Positions 24,629-37,612 of a DNA stretch of 64,000 nucleotides are shown here, in pieces (position 1 is the first letter of the stretch; each line of letters opens with the position of its first letter). The position numbers and the translations under genes are program-made. The stretch spans positions 1-64,000 of the forward strand of contig MEDY01000075.1 of assembly GCA_001724265.1 (NCBI GenBank), in the 5' to 3' direction. The DNA comes from Rhizaria sp. SCN 62-66 (Eukaryota). The notes below the pieces were generated by a model. That model saw only the letters and a list, made by a program, of their open reading frames with translations. It made no database searches and was not told the DNA's origin.

Positions 24629-27600
24629 TTATTCAAACTCGTCTAAGTAGTCGAGGTCATCATCCAGATCACCCATAGGCTCAACAGCAGCAGGCGCCGC
24701 AGCGGGTGCAGCCACAGCAGCCGCAGCAGGGGCAGCGGCGGGAGAGGCAGCAGTGGATGCGGCGGCGGGGGCCGGGGCGGGGGGCTTGACTGGCGTTGCA
24801 GCTACAGAAGCAGGGACAGCAACAACAGCAGCAGCAGGAGCAGCAGTGGCGGCGGGGGCAGCAGCAGGCTTAGAAGACTCGAAGTCGAGGTCGTCACCGA
24901 ACATGTTATCATCATCGTCGTCATCATTAATGGGCTTCGCGGCAGGAGTAGCAGCAGCGGCGGCCTTAGCCTTGGCCTCAGCCTCAGCCTCAGCCTCAGC
25001 CTTGGCCTTGGCCTCAGCCTCAGCCTTGGCCTTGGCCTCAGCCTCAGCCTTGGCCTTGGCCTCAGCCTCAGCCTCAGCCTTGGCCTTGGCCTCAGCCTCA
25101 GCCTTAGCCTTGGCCTCAGCCTCAGCCTTAGCCTTGGCCTCAGCCTCAGCCTTAGCCTTGGCCTCTGCGTCAGCCTTTGCCTTCGCCTCGGCGGCAGCAG
25201 CAGCAGCCTTCGCATCCGCCTCAGCCTTGGCCTTAGCCTCAGCCTCTGCCTTTGCCTTAGCCTCTGCCGTTGCCTTGGCTTCGGCCTCGGCAGCCGCCTT
25301 AGCGTCACCCTCAGCCTTAGCATCAGCAGCAGCCTTGGCCTCTTCAGCAGCCTTGGCCTCAGCATCAGCTCTAGCCCTCGCTTCAGCCTCAGCCTTAGCT
25401 TGAGCCTCGGCCCGAGCCTTTGCATCGGTATCTGCCTTTGCCTTTGCATCGGCATCTGCCTTAGCGTCAGCGTCAGCCTTTGCCTTAGCATCGGCCTCGG
25501 CCTTGGCTTTGGCATCGGCGTCTGCCTTGGCCTTGGCCTCAGCCTCCGCTTGTTGCTGCTGTTGTTGTTGCTGCTGCTTAGCAGAGGGCTGTTGAGCTGA
25601 CTCATCCTCAGGTAGCAAAATCACAGTCAGACTTGCATTGGCGCCGCTGTTCTTGTTGTTCGCCTGCTGCTGCTGTTGCTGCTGCTGAGGTGCCTTAAGA
25701 GCAAGCGTCATCGTATGTCCACCTGCAGAGCTAGAGCTAGAGCTAGAGCTGTTGTTGTTGTTGTTGTTGTTGAGGTTAGTAGTGGCACTGCTGTCCTCAA
25801 AGCCATCGTCATACTCGCCACTCTCCCCACCAACAGCATTCGCACGACTATTGTTGTTGTTGCTGTTGTTGTTGTTATTAGGGTTAGAGCGGGCATTGGC
25901 GTCTGGCACAAGAGACGACAACGGTGCATCAACAGAGCACAGTACAGCCTGTGCAAAGCCCCCTGCCATGGCACAGACGTCAAACCGCAACATCACAGCG
26001 TCCGCGCTAGAATGCGACTCTGCATTAGCCTGCTGCGATTGAGCTGACTGTGACGATGACTGGGTGATGAGAGCGGGGATCGAGAGTTGCACTGCCTTTT
26101 GGAACACAGGAGCAGTTGTGCCGTACACACACTCTGTCCGGTCCACAAACTCGAACTTGTCCCCCACGTGTACCCACACAAACACTGCGGCATCGCACCC
26201 ACCGGCTCCGTGGGCACTCGCGGCGGCGCTGGAACCTGTGGCCGAGCTGCTCGAAGGGAGGCCGCTGCAGGTGACTGTGAGCAGCGCGGTGCCCTTGGCA
26301 CGCGCGAGGGTAGCTTGCTTGACGGCAGCTTGGGCGCGTTGAACGGCCTCTTCTTCAGACTCAGCATTGTTGGCGTCACCGTCGCCGCTGCTGCCGTTGC
26401 CGCTGCCGTTACCGTTGCTGGGGAGAGCGGGAGCAGGGAACGTGGCGTCAATGCGCTCAGCAGCGACCTGCAGCACCAGCTCAGGCCCCTTCTCGTGCCA
26501 CCAGAGAGCGGGCAGCACGGCCGCGATCAGAGCCGCGGTGTTCTCGGGCGCAAGGACGTCGGGGTTGTCGCTGAAAACCTAAGCAACAAAAGTATATTTG
26601 AAGACATAGACGTGAGTAAAATTAAACAATAACAAATGATTAGATATGAAATAGATCATGAAAGTGAATTAATAAATATAACTCTAGTTGGTGCAGATAT
26701 GGTTGTTGTTTCGTGTTGTTTTGTAGGAGTGGGAAGTGACATACTTGGCGGAGAGTGCGGAGCGGCAGCGACACTGGCGCAAGCGTTGACCGCCCGGCCT
26801 CATCCCGAGCAAGGAAATCCAGCCTGAAGGGGCGCAGACGCTCGTAGACTGACAGAGTGGACATGATCCCGCCGATCCGGACGCCGCGGGACGAGTAGAC
26901 ACAGGTGTTGTGGGCAGCGGCGGCGGCGTCGTCGTCGTAGCCGTATTCGTCCCCGTCGTCCTCAGCATACTGCTGCTGCTGACTGTTGTGCTGCTTGTTG
27001 CCGCGGGAATTGTTACTATGGGCGAGGCAGGGGGCGCCACGACCGCCGGGCTTGGATCCCGCAGGCGGCTGCGGCCTCTTGCCGTGCTGTTGCTGCTGCT
27101 GTAGCTGCTGCTGGTCGGCGTGGGCGCTCTGCTCGCGGTCAGGGTGGAGCGCAGTGCCGCCCGCCGCTCCGGGGGGCGCATAGGGGTCATGGGCGATCGC
27201 CACCGTGCGCGGCTGATGCGGGTATCGCGAGATGGACTTGAGCCGCGCCTCTTTCTCATTATGCGCGCGGTCAAACTCGGCCGCGGAGTACACGGGGCGG
27301 CGGTTCTGGATGCGCCGCAGCAGGGCCTCGTTTTCCCCCATTACGCGCATCATCTCCCGGCGGCGACGCTCGCCGTTGAGGGTCTCCTTGACGTAGGGAC
27401 CATCGCGGCTGACGTGGGTGGTTGAGGCACCGATGCGCTCCATTTTGCGCAGAAGAATCATGTTGTCGCGCTCAATCGTCGCAGCACGCTCTAGATAACA
27501 TTAAAATTGTGCATTATATAGAAATTGAGAGGAAAGTTAGATTTCAGTCTGCTGAGTAACCGACAAGGCGGGAAAGCACACAAAAGCGATGCAAAGCGGG

Positions 27601-27807
27601 AAGAAAGCTTGGCAAAATGGGTCTTAGTAGCGTACCCTGGGCAAGTTGGTCGCGCTTGCGACGCTCAACAAGGTGCGGAAGCACGGGGGGTGCGTTGGAG
27701 TTGAGCACAGGCCGCATCTGCTCGACATTGTTGCGGTGCAGGGCCTGGGCGTACTTCAGAGAACGCTCCGCGACGACGCGGTTGCCCGCGACGCCAGGCT
27801 TCTCCAT
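24629..27807 (-). CDS. CFAP97/KIAA1430-like N-terminal domain + degenerate C2-like domain + AEAKAK repeat stalk + acidic tail; exons 27807-27636, 27490-26745, 26578-24629
   Basis: Spliced N-terminus QLAQERAATIERDNMILLRKMERI...RRREMMRVMGENEALLRRI resembles the CFAP97/hemingway family. FEFVDRTECVYGTTAPVFQK...MLRFDV resembles copine-type C2. Intron phases are compatible. Confidence 0.7.
24962..25545 (-). repeat. Coding tandem repeat encoding (AEAEAKAK/ADAKAK)n
   Basis: Repeating GCCTCAGCCTTG-type hexamer units on the + strand. Confidence 0.9.
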
Positions 27808-28269
27808 CGCAGCAGAAAAGCTGTAGAAGGCAATGCAACGTGTGTCCAAGAGCAAGAACAAAATGAAAACAGAAGGGTTTAGGGGGTACAAATGCGAGGG
27901 AAAGCGGTCGTGAGGGTGGGCGATAAGAGCCGTTTGCAGTCGCTCTCTTGCCAGCAGGCATAGTGCAACAGGAGATGCGCTAGAGGGCCAGAGGGTATAA
28001 TATCAGAATAAGGTCGTCGTGGTTTGTTCTGGTATGTTGTTTATATGCCTTAATGACGGTTGCAAGGGGCTCTACGAAGGGGTCGCCCAAGCCGGACCGT
28101 TTGGTTTGAGAACCGGCCGGTCTGGAATAACGGTTCGCAAAAATGGTAGCCAGCTCGCTGCGGCTGGCTGCTGCAAGCAAGCAAGCAAGCGGCGTGATGA
28201 GAGGGTGTGAAGTAATAGTGTGTTTCTCGCTGAACCGTTCGTCACGGCGTCATTTTTCTTGCAAGCAAG

Positions 28270-29238
28270 ATGATTCGTGGTGGACTGAAGATTGCCCAAC
28301 GCTCGGGCAGTCTCCTCTCTGTCGGCATCACCGCTTCTGCGCGGTCCCTATCCGCCTCATTCCACACTGCCCCCAAGCAGTCCCAGCGTCCCTTCGCTTC
28401 CCTCGCGTCCCCCCTGGCCGCCACTGCCACTGCTGCGGCTCCCAAGGTATCTGCGGGCTTTATGGCTGTTCCCACTGTCGCCGCGGTGGCTAGCAACGCC
28501 AGCGCCGTCTCCTGTGAGGCTCTGCTCGCTACCCCTGCTCGGTACATCTGCAAACTTTTCACAAATCGTCCACTTCACTAAATCACATTTCCAGCTTCTA
28601 TATATTATCCTTTTCGTGCATAACTTTGTCAACGCATCAACGCTAACATAATAGATCCATTTAATTTGTTTTTGTTTCACTACGCTGTATTCACGCTCTT
28701 ATACAGCTCTTTCTCGTTCATTAGCGGGATCAAGGAGAAGATCACCGGCTCCGTCGACGCCAAGAAGGACGAAATGGCCGCCAATGCCTTCGGTGAGTCG
28801 ATCAAGAAGATGGTCCAGATGGGCGAGATTTCGATGCAGAAGTTCCTCGAGATGCAGCAGGAGATGCTCAACCAGAGCTCTGGCTGGAAGGCTAAGATGG
28901 CGTCGATGGCCGGTCAGAACGTCGACACAGCTGCTATCGAGAAGTCTGTCGCCGTTCTCAACGCCCTTACTCCAGCCGAGCGCGCCAGCTTCAAGCGCTC
29001 CAACGCCGTCACGTTCATGATCAAGCAGCGCATTTCCCACGCCACCAAGCTCACCCCTGAGGAGATCAACATCCAGCTCCGTAAGTTCGATGAGATGGCT
29101 ATGATTGCTAAGTGGCTGCAGCGTCGCAACAACAAGAAGCAGAAGTTGCCTGACTCGGTGCAGGAGATGCAGCGTATGATGGCAGAGGATCCCCCGGACC
29201 TGCCCGACTCGATGAAGCCCAAGCAGCGCCGCCGCTAA
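28270..29238 (+). CDS. Mitochondrion-targeted protein consisting of an SRP54/Ffh M-domain-like module; exons 28270-28541 and 28707-29238
   Basis: Ala/Ser/Arg-rich presequence ending ATPARSFS after splicing (GTACA...TACAG, phase 2). Met-rich domain SMQKFLEMQQEM...AVLNALTPAER...KQRISHATKLTPEEINIQLRKFDEM parallels the Ffh pattern IIxSMTxxER...RxRIAxGSGxxxxEVNxLLKQF. Confidence 0.7.
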
Positions 29239-29824
29239 GCGATAACTCAACAGCAAATCAACACATACCAAAACCTCCTTGTTTGGGATGATCATCAAAT
29301 TCTTTATCTATTTCTCTATGTAGTTATATTATTATTATACTTTAAAGTAATACAGTTATATATACTCAATCAGTCACAGTTGTAGTTGTTAAATAAAATG
29401 TTACAATGATTTATTTTGTTATTGTTACAATTATATGGATGAACAAATCAACATGCAAGCAATGATGACAGCAAACGTAACGACACGCAATATGACTCTG
29501 CAGTCGCAAAGCGCAAGGAAACATTTACAACACAGTCGCGCATTTTAACAGGTTTACTCACACAGGTTGGCTTATTATTTGTTGGACAATCATCATCTTT
29601 TAGAATAGAGTTCACAACATAGCTTGTTCTTTCATAAGCTAGCTCACACAACAATTGACTCCCAAACACTCTCCGCATCACATATCTCAGCCTGACAACC
29701 CTTGTTTTCTACTACGGGACATCAGGACACACGGAGAGCTCGCTGGACATACAATACACACGCTCTCAGTACTTCGACACCGGCGACGAACCGGGTCTCA
29801 TAATCTAAGGGGGTAGTATCGTAC

Positions 29825-31860
29825 TTAGAGCTTGGCAGCGACCTTAGCGCCCTTCAGGGTGCCAACAACGCACTCAGGGGCGTACTTCTCCACGACATCG
29901 GCCTTGTGGATCATGTTGAACTCCTCCGAGGCGTCGCGGCCGGCGAAGAGCAGGATCGCTTGCTTGCCGCCGGGGTGGTCGTGCATGAACTTGGTGACGT
30001 TGAGGACCTGGCCGTTGACAACGGTCCAGCAGTCGGCCTCGGTGGCGTGCTTGGCGACGTCCTCCAGGGTGAACTCCTTGCCAGCGCCGGCGGCGGGGGC
30101 AGCAGCAGCGGGGGCGGCGGCGGCAGCAGCGGGGGCGGCGGGGGCGGCGGAGGAGCCGGCCTTGGAGACAACGCCGGAGTCGACGGCCTTGGCAAGGGAC
30201 TGGAGGAGGTACGCCGACGCGTTCTCACCAGAGACACGGCCGAAGACGACGCAGTCAAGCAGAGACGAGCCACCGAGGCGGTTGGCACCGTGCGTTCCAC
30301 CCATCACCTCGCCGGCGCAGTAGAGGCCCTTGATGGGGCCGGACTTGCTCTCGACCTCGGCCTTGGCGGAGGTCTTGACGCCGCCCATGCAGTAGTGGCG
30401 GACAGGGGTGATGACGGCGACGTTGAAGATGTCGTCCATGACCCAGGGGCCGTTCTGGAAGTACTGCTTGCCATAGGGGTCGTTCTGCACTCGCGTTGGA
30501 AACGCAAAGAATTTCAACAAAATGAGAGGGAAAAAAATGGGTTAGAAAATTGATATTTGAATGAAAATAGACTTGTCATGCTCTATGGATGGATAGAAAA
30601 AGACATACCTTGGACTCGGCGACCTTGTTGTAGTCGTCGAAGGTCTTCTTGAGCTGGGCCTCAGAGATGCCCATCTCCTTCGCAAGCTCCGCGCCCGAAG
30701 TAAGGCGCTTCATGAGCTTGCGGCCGCAATAGTGCTTGCAGTGCCACTCGATTTCCTTCGACGCTTTGCCGTTGAGCACGAGGCGGTAAGGACCACGCTT
30801 CTGGTTCTGCATCTCACCAGAGACGTAGTCACGGCGGCCGAGCTCGTTGCAGAAACGCTTGCCCTCACGGTCGAGCATGAGGCCACCAACGCCGCGGAGG
30901 GCCTCGGCAGCGAGGAACTTAAGCTGAGCCTCAGGCTCCTCGGGGTGAACGAGACCGGTGGGGTGGACCTAAAACAGATATAGCAGAGAGAGATAACATC
31001 GGTGAGAAATTAAACTAGAAAATATAGAGAGATATTACAGAGCAGTATTTAGATACACAAAGTTTACAAGTGTTGATATGAGCGGGATATCTAGTGTTGG
31101 ATGAAGACATGTGACATACCTGGACCTTGTCGATGTCCTTGAGCTCGGCGCCGATCTTGACAGCCATCTTGATACCATCACCAGAGGCGTGGGGACCGTT
31201 GGTGGTGGGCATGTCGAAGACATCAGGGCGGTACTTCTTGAGCAGAGAGTCGGGCTCGTAGTCAGCAGCGTAGCCACCGGTAGCGATGATGACGACACCG
31301 TACTCGGTGAAGGTCTTGCCGTTGTACTCGTACTTGGCACCGATGACAGCACCGGAGGCGTCGGTGACGAGCTCGGTGGCGCGGGCGCGGGTGATGAGAC
31401 GGGCGCGCTCGGGCTGCTTGGAAGCGATCTCCTCGTACATCTCCATCAGCGCGTAGGTGATGGTCATACCGGGGAAACGCTCAGCACCGCGGTGGGTGCG
31501 GGGGAACGAGTGGCCACCGAGACGGGAGACGAGCGAGAGGTCGAGCTTGAACTTGTTAATGAGCCACTCGATCGCGGGGGCGGACTCGCCGCACATGACC
31601 TCAGCGAGGGGGTAGGTGGCGCCGGTCTTGGAGGACGCGATAGTGTCGGCGAGGAAGGCCTCGACGGAGTCCTTGATGTCGAGCTTGATCTGGGAGGAAG
31701 TCAGCGCGGCGTTGATACCGGAGGTAGCCTTGGAGGAGGAGCCACCGAGGAAGGCGTTCTTGTCGAGGAGGAGCACGTTGGCGCCGTTCTCGAGGGCAGT
31801 GTGGGCCGCGGAGAGGCCGGAGAGGCCGCCGCCGAGCACGATAACCTTGGTCACAGACAT
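29825..31860 (-). CDS. Soluble FAD-dependent fumarate reductase (Osm1/Frd1/flavocytochrome c family) fused to a C-terminal cytochrome b5 domain; exons 31860-31120, 30968-30609, 30484-29825
   Basis: GGGLSG FAD motif, SKATSGIN, QVHPTG, AEALRG, HYCMGG and HGANRLGGSSL. Cytochrome b5 motif HDHPGG. C-terminal AKL. Confidence 0.92.
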
Positions 31861-33150
31861 GGGGGGAAAGTGGTCTGCAGAAGAGAAACCAAAGCAAAAG
31901 GTGGGGAGGAAAGCAAGGTGGGTGCTGTGTGATAAGGGAATTGAAGTCAGTGACAGAAGAAGGAAAGCAGGAAAAGCGATGACGCAAGGAGATCCGGCTG
32001 ATGAGAGCGAGGGAGGGTCTCACGACGGATCGGGCGTAAATAGCGCACAAAACAAATGCGATAGCCGCTGTACAAAGCATGAATGTGCATGCCCAGTGAC
32101 GGTAATATCGTTAATAAAGTTCATATGCATAAAATCAAGCTGCATGAAGCACAAGTAAGGTAGACACGTTCAGACGCTGTCGAATGCCAGTCGGTCGACG
32201 CGCTTCAAACGGCCCAACTCACACACGACTCAAGACACAGCCATATTAGCGAAACCAAATTCAAACAAATACGTCACAAAGTCCACTCTAAACTACTTCA
32301 GCAGTACCAATGCGCTTCGATTTTAGAGAACGTCGCACGGGAACAAAACGTGAAATCCTCCGGTCACACTCCCGCTGCATCGACCGACTGACCGTGGTCA
32401 CTGAAAGTCTAGTCGCCCAGCCCACGGTCAGTCAGGTACAGTGGAGGGTCCCTGAATTTGTGACGGACAGCGGAAATCACGCATCCAAGCCATCTTAATA
32501 CGCGTAAGACAATATCTTCTCTAGGTTCCATAATTAAAACATTGGTTTAAATGTGATATATGAATTTAAAGAGCTAAAAGTATTGGTAAGGCTGGCATAT
32601 TCCTTTGGATGTCGAGAAAATGCAAAGATCAGGAATGATATCATCAATGAAAACAAGATTTATACATATCAAACAAATAGTTCTTAAAATCTACACATCA
32701 TTTTGCAACGTGATACAATAGGTGGTATGCAAAATTATAAATTTTGTTTGCACATCTTGCATTCTCAGAGTTATAAATGAGTTAAAAGTTGCATGTGACA
32801 AGACATTCAAAACAAGTGACATGTGATTTCAAATGTGAACTGTGTACATAAAGGGGCAATATTGTGCATATTGCAACGATTAAATGTATGCAACCAGACA
32901 TCATAGTATGGCAAACGGGTCACTTCTTCTTAGAGATCAACATTCAACTCCAAATCGAATGTTCCTCCCTCTTTGAGTTCTCCTTGGCTCCCTTGGCCAT
33001 CTACAGGACATGACAGAAACAACAAACGTAATAAACTCGAAGTCTAACTGAACTAAAAAAAGGCATAGAATTTGTTATTTTTACTATTGAAGATATATCA
33101 GCACGTTTGAGTGTTGTTTGGTGCGATTTATCTTTGTTTTCGTGCTTCAC

Positions 33151-33859
33151 TCAAAAATAATACGCAGCCGCCATGGCAACACTCGCAGCATTCTGCCCCG
33201 CTGCAGCAGCGCCAGCGCCCGCGCCAGCCTTGCTACCGCCCTTCTTAGCCGCCGCTGGCTTAACCGCTGCAAGCTTTATCCCACCAACGGCAGCAGCAGC
33301 TGTTGTGTGCGCGAAGCTACTATTGTTGTTGTTGTTGTTTGCTGTGGCGGCAGCGGCGGATGTGGTGTTGCGCAGGCCACGACGTGTCGCAGCTTTCTTA
33401 CCAGCAGCAGCAACAACAGCAGCATCAGCCTTAATAGCAGTAGCAGCAACTGATGAACCCATGTAGAAGCCGTGACTGACAATATTTTCACTAGAAACGG
33501 CATCATCATTCGGGACGGCCGCCGCCGTTGCAGTAGCAGTAGACTTGCTAGTACCAGTGTGCGCGTTCTTGCCGCGGGTGATCGTGGCGGGCTCATCATG
33601 AACCGAAGTTAAGCCGCTGTCGTAAGTTAAGCCGGTCTTAAGCGCGGGCAAGCGGATGCCGCCAAACCCCTTAGACTGCGCCGATGCGGCGGTACTTACA
33701 CTTTGACTCGAAGCGGGGGCCACATAGAAAGATCTCAAGCTACTGCTGTTGTTATTGGTGTTGCTGTTACTGCTTGTGAAAGCCGCGATAGCGGAAGGGA
33801 AGGGGCCGAATGCGCCGAGGCCAATGACGGCGTTATTGCGAGTGCTAGTGCGCGTGACG

Positions 33860-33894
<35 letters not shown>

Positions 33895-36800
33895 GCTGTT
33901 GTTGTTGCTCTTCCGTGAGTTCTGTGACACAACGGCAGTCGAAACAGCAGACGCAGAGGCAGAATAACTGTGAGCAGACGCTGCGGCGGTCGGGGCAGGA
34001 CGCTTGCCACGGACACGGTTGATGAACGCATCATCATCATCAAAAACAGTCGCAGGAGCAGCAGCAGCAGTAGCATCAGCTGAAGTGGCAAAATTGATGC
34101 TGGTGTTTGTCACATCGGTCTCAACATCAGTCCCAGCGTCATTAGCTCTTGCCGCAACAACAAACTGCAACTGGGACTCAGCAAACTGAGACTGTGTCTC
34201 GGACCACGTCAGCTTCTTAGCCGCCTGCGACTGTGACTTGGCCTTTGAGAGAGCCTGCGCCTTGGCAATGGCAGCGCCAGCAGCAGCGGCGGCAGCCATC
34301 CTCGCACGTTTCCCCTCACCAGCAGCAACATCAGGAGCAGCAGCGGCAGCAGAAGCTGTGCTAGTGCTAGTGCTAGAATACGAGTTCGCATTCGAGTGGC
34401 TGGAGCTGCGGGAGCGCTTCGGGTTAAACATAACCTCAGTCTCCGTCTCAGCAGCATCATCATTCTCAAGGTCGTTTGACCCGCTGCTGTCACCGCCGCC
34501 GACGCTGTCGCTGTCATTCTCGCTGTCGCTGTTGCCGTTGTTGCTGTTCTTGCGGTGAGTTGTCATACTCTTGGTCTTCTTGACGTTGTTATTGGGTGAG
34601 AATGAGTCTGAAAACTCATCAACGTAGCCATCTTCAGTGTCATGAACCTTACTCAGCGAACCGATGCGGCGATACTTCTTCACAACAGCACCCTTAGACT
34701 TGGCACCCTTAGACGCGACCCCCTGAGATGCGACCCCCTTAGACTTAGAGGTGGCTTCGGTGTAGTCATCGTCGTCAGTGTCACTGTGATACTCGCTGTC
34801 ACTGTTACCATCGTCTGCGTCCCCGTCGTCATCGCTGTCGCCGTGAGAGTGGGGGTCACTGCGTTCGTCACTGCCACTGCCACTGTCGACGTAGCTCTCG
34901 TCGTGCGCTGAGGCATCAACTGTGTCGGCTGTGCCATCGAGGTCAGCGTCGTTAGTAGCATTCGCAACAAAAAACTGTTTCTTTACAGCAACACTCGTCG
35001 TGTCAGTCTTCTTCGTCATGGCGTTCATGTGACTGTTGTTGATGGTGTTGTTGCTGTTGTTGCTGTTGTTGTTGAGAGTGGCAATGCGACGAGCAGGACG
35101 GAAACGAATCGGAGTCTCACCCACAGTCAAAGCACTCGCGCTCGCGCTCGCGCTCGCGCTGACGCTGGCACTTTCAGTGTTAGCGTAAACGCTGCTGCTG
35201 TTGTTGTTGTTGCTGTTGCCGTTGAAACGGACTACGACAGGTGAGGCTGCGTTGAGATAGGTAATATCCAGCGTCGTCTCACAGTCATCGGCCTGGGAAT
35301 CCCCATGTGTCCCCTCATGTGTACCCGGCGAAGCAGTGACCACCGTGGTTTGATCACCGTTGTTGAGAGCCATCGCATCGTCGTGGGCACTGTGTCCAGT
35401 CATATTACGGCTGTTAACAGCCCCGTTGCCGCTGCCGTTGCCGCTGCTATGGCAGTTGCCGCCGTTGCCGTTGCCGCTGTTCTTGTTGTTGTTGTCGTTG
35501 CTGTTGTTGTAGCAGTTGTTCTTGCCAGTCAGAGCCTTCGCAGAAGCCTTTGCAGGTGACAGCGATGACGCATCTGCAGGTGTGTCAATGGCAAATGCCT
35601 CATCAAGCAGAGTTGATGCGTCAGAAACAGCAAACGACACAGTCATATCGGCGATATCAAACGCATTAGTCTCGGCAGTACCAACAGCCTGATCAGCCTC
35701 CGCAGTCCCAGCAACAGCATCAGCATCACTCATAGTCTCAGCCGCAGTCTCAGCAGCCTTAGGCACCGCAACAGCAGCAACAGGAGCCTCAGCAGCAACG
35801 ACCGCAGTTGCAGCCGTAGTGTTGCCGTTGCCGTTGCCGTCGCTGTCGTTGTTGTTGTTGCTGCTGTTGCTGTTAGAGATGATGCGCTTGCTTTCCTTGG
35901 CGTCTAGAGCAGCAACAGCAGCTAGCTTCTCCGCAACCGTCACCTCACTGCGCAAATCACGCAGGTCTCCATCAAGCTTTGCCCGGGCAGCCTCCGCAGC
36001 CTTCAGCGCGGCTTCGGCCTGCTTCCGACCTGCCTCGGCCTTCACAGCAGCAACTTCCGTGAGTTTGAGCGCCGTTTTGGCCGCAGAGGCCTCGGCCTGG
36101 GCAGTGATGGCGGCGGCCTTGAGAGCCGCGTTGGCCGCTAGCGAGCGCGCCAACGCCTCCGCAGCCGCCTCTGCGGCCTCCTTAGCCTCGGTCGCCGCCG
36201 CGGCAGCAGCGGTTGCGGCTGTTTCAGCTTGGTTACGCGTCTTCTCGTGCGCTGAACGCTCTGCATTGAGCGCGGCGGCCAAGGAACGCGCCTCAGCACG
36301 AACCGTAGATAGCGCAGCCCCAGCCTCAGCAGCCTCACCAGCATGCTGAGACTGTGAGCGCAAAGCGGCAACGGCGGCGGCGGCGGCGTGTGCTGAGGTG
36401 GTGTCCTTAGCAGAGCGCAGTTCAGCGTGGGCTTGAGAGAGCTGCTCTGAAGTCGCAGCTAAGACCGTTTGCAGATCGTTCAGTTGCGCGGAGAGTGCCG
36501 ACTCACGGGCCGAAGCCTTCGCGGTGGCCGCAGCGGCGTCGTCCTGGGCCGCAGCAAGAGAGAACTCGGCGGTGGCGGCGCGGCGGCGGGCGGCGCCGGC
36601 GGCGGCGGTGAGTGAAGCGAGCTCCTCGGAGAGCCTCGCCAGCTCCAGCCGGTGGTTATACTTGGCTTCGTCGAGCTCGGCGGCGGCGTTGGTAGCGCGG
36701 GTCTTCCACGAGAGAAGCGCGGAGTGCTCTGTTGTGGTCAGCGTAACCAGGAGAGAAGGGTTTGTCGTAACCGCCTTCGCCGCCGCCGCCGCCGCCGAGG

Positions 36801-37188
36801 AGGCCGAGGCCGAGGACGATTGCGGCAGAGCATACGAGGGCTTTGATGCGTATGCGTGGTTAAAAGCGTTGTTGGGCGCGTTTAAAGCGGCAGAAACGGG
36901 GCCAGAGGGGTTGTACGCGTAAGTGTTGTAAGCGTCGTTGTAAGGGGGAACGGACGTCATCGTCCTTGCAGTCTCTTTGGGAGCACGGCGATGGGAGTAG
37001 TCGTCGGTGTCAGAAGCCATGGGGTTAGCCGGTGGCGTCCCGGGCTTAACAAGCCTGTTAGTAAAGCTATTGCCGCTGCTGCTGTTGTTGCCGCTGTTCC
37101 TCGCTGTTGTTGTTGTCGTTGTTGTTGTTGTGGAAATAGCAGCGGTTGGCTGCTGGTAGCGGGCGTGGCCCGAGAGGAAGGAATGCAT
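33151..37188 (-). CDS. Uncharacterised 1345-aa protein with an Ala-rich coiled coil and a long disordered region
   Basis: Intronless ORF with coding-like composition. Heptad-like Ala/Glu/Leu region at about aa 160-430. Poly-Asn tracts. Ends AAAYYF-TGA. Confidence 0.75.
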
Positions 37189-37365
37189 GCCGAGCTTTCC
37201 TCTGTACTATCTACAAAACGCGGATCAAGAAAATATTAAAAGGGGATATAATATATTAGTGCTTTTAAACATCTTTCATTTTGTTTTCATTTGAAATAGA
37301 CGGATTTTTATAGTGGTAGACATAGTCAAAGTTAGCCTCAACTGGCAACCGACTAGAACAAGCTC

Positions 37366-37377
37366 CAACGGCTATAT
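37366..37377 (-). promoter_or_regulatory. Candidate MSA/Myb element ATATAGCCGTTG upstream of the 37188 gene
   Basis: TCCAACGGCTA fits the MSA consensus YCYAACGGYYA. An identical 12-mer lies upstream of cyclin B. Confidence 0.4.
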
Positions 37378-37612
37378 TCGCGTCCAGTCTCACAGCTAAG
37401 ACACGAAAACAAGTACAACTCTTCCAAACCAAGGTCTTTGGAAATAACCACTGAATATAATGTATTTAGTATCAATCAAAGTAACATGATACTATTTTGA
37501 TCACTTAATCCCGCACTCCTGCGGACATAAACACCATTGCAACGCAAGTCCCCCTCGCACTGCAGCCAACCAATCAGCACCAACTGACTGAATATTGACA
37601 CACTCGACTCAC

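Noticed and set aside
24962-25545. Bacterial TolA or contamination
   Set aside because: The AEAKAK similarity is compositional only, and the repeat lies in an intron-containing eukaryotic gene.
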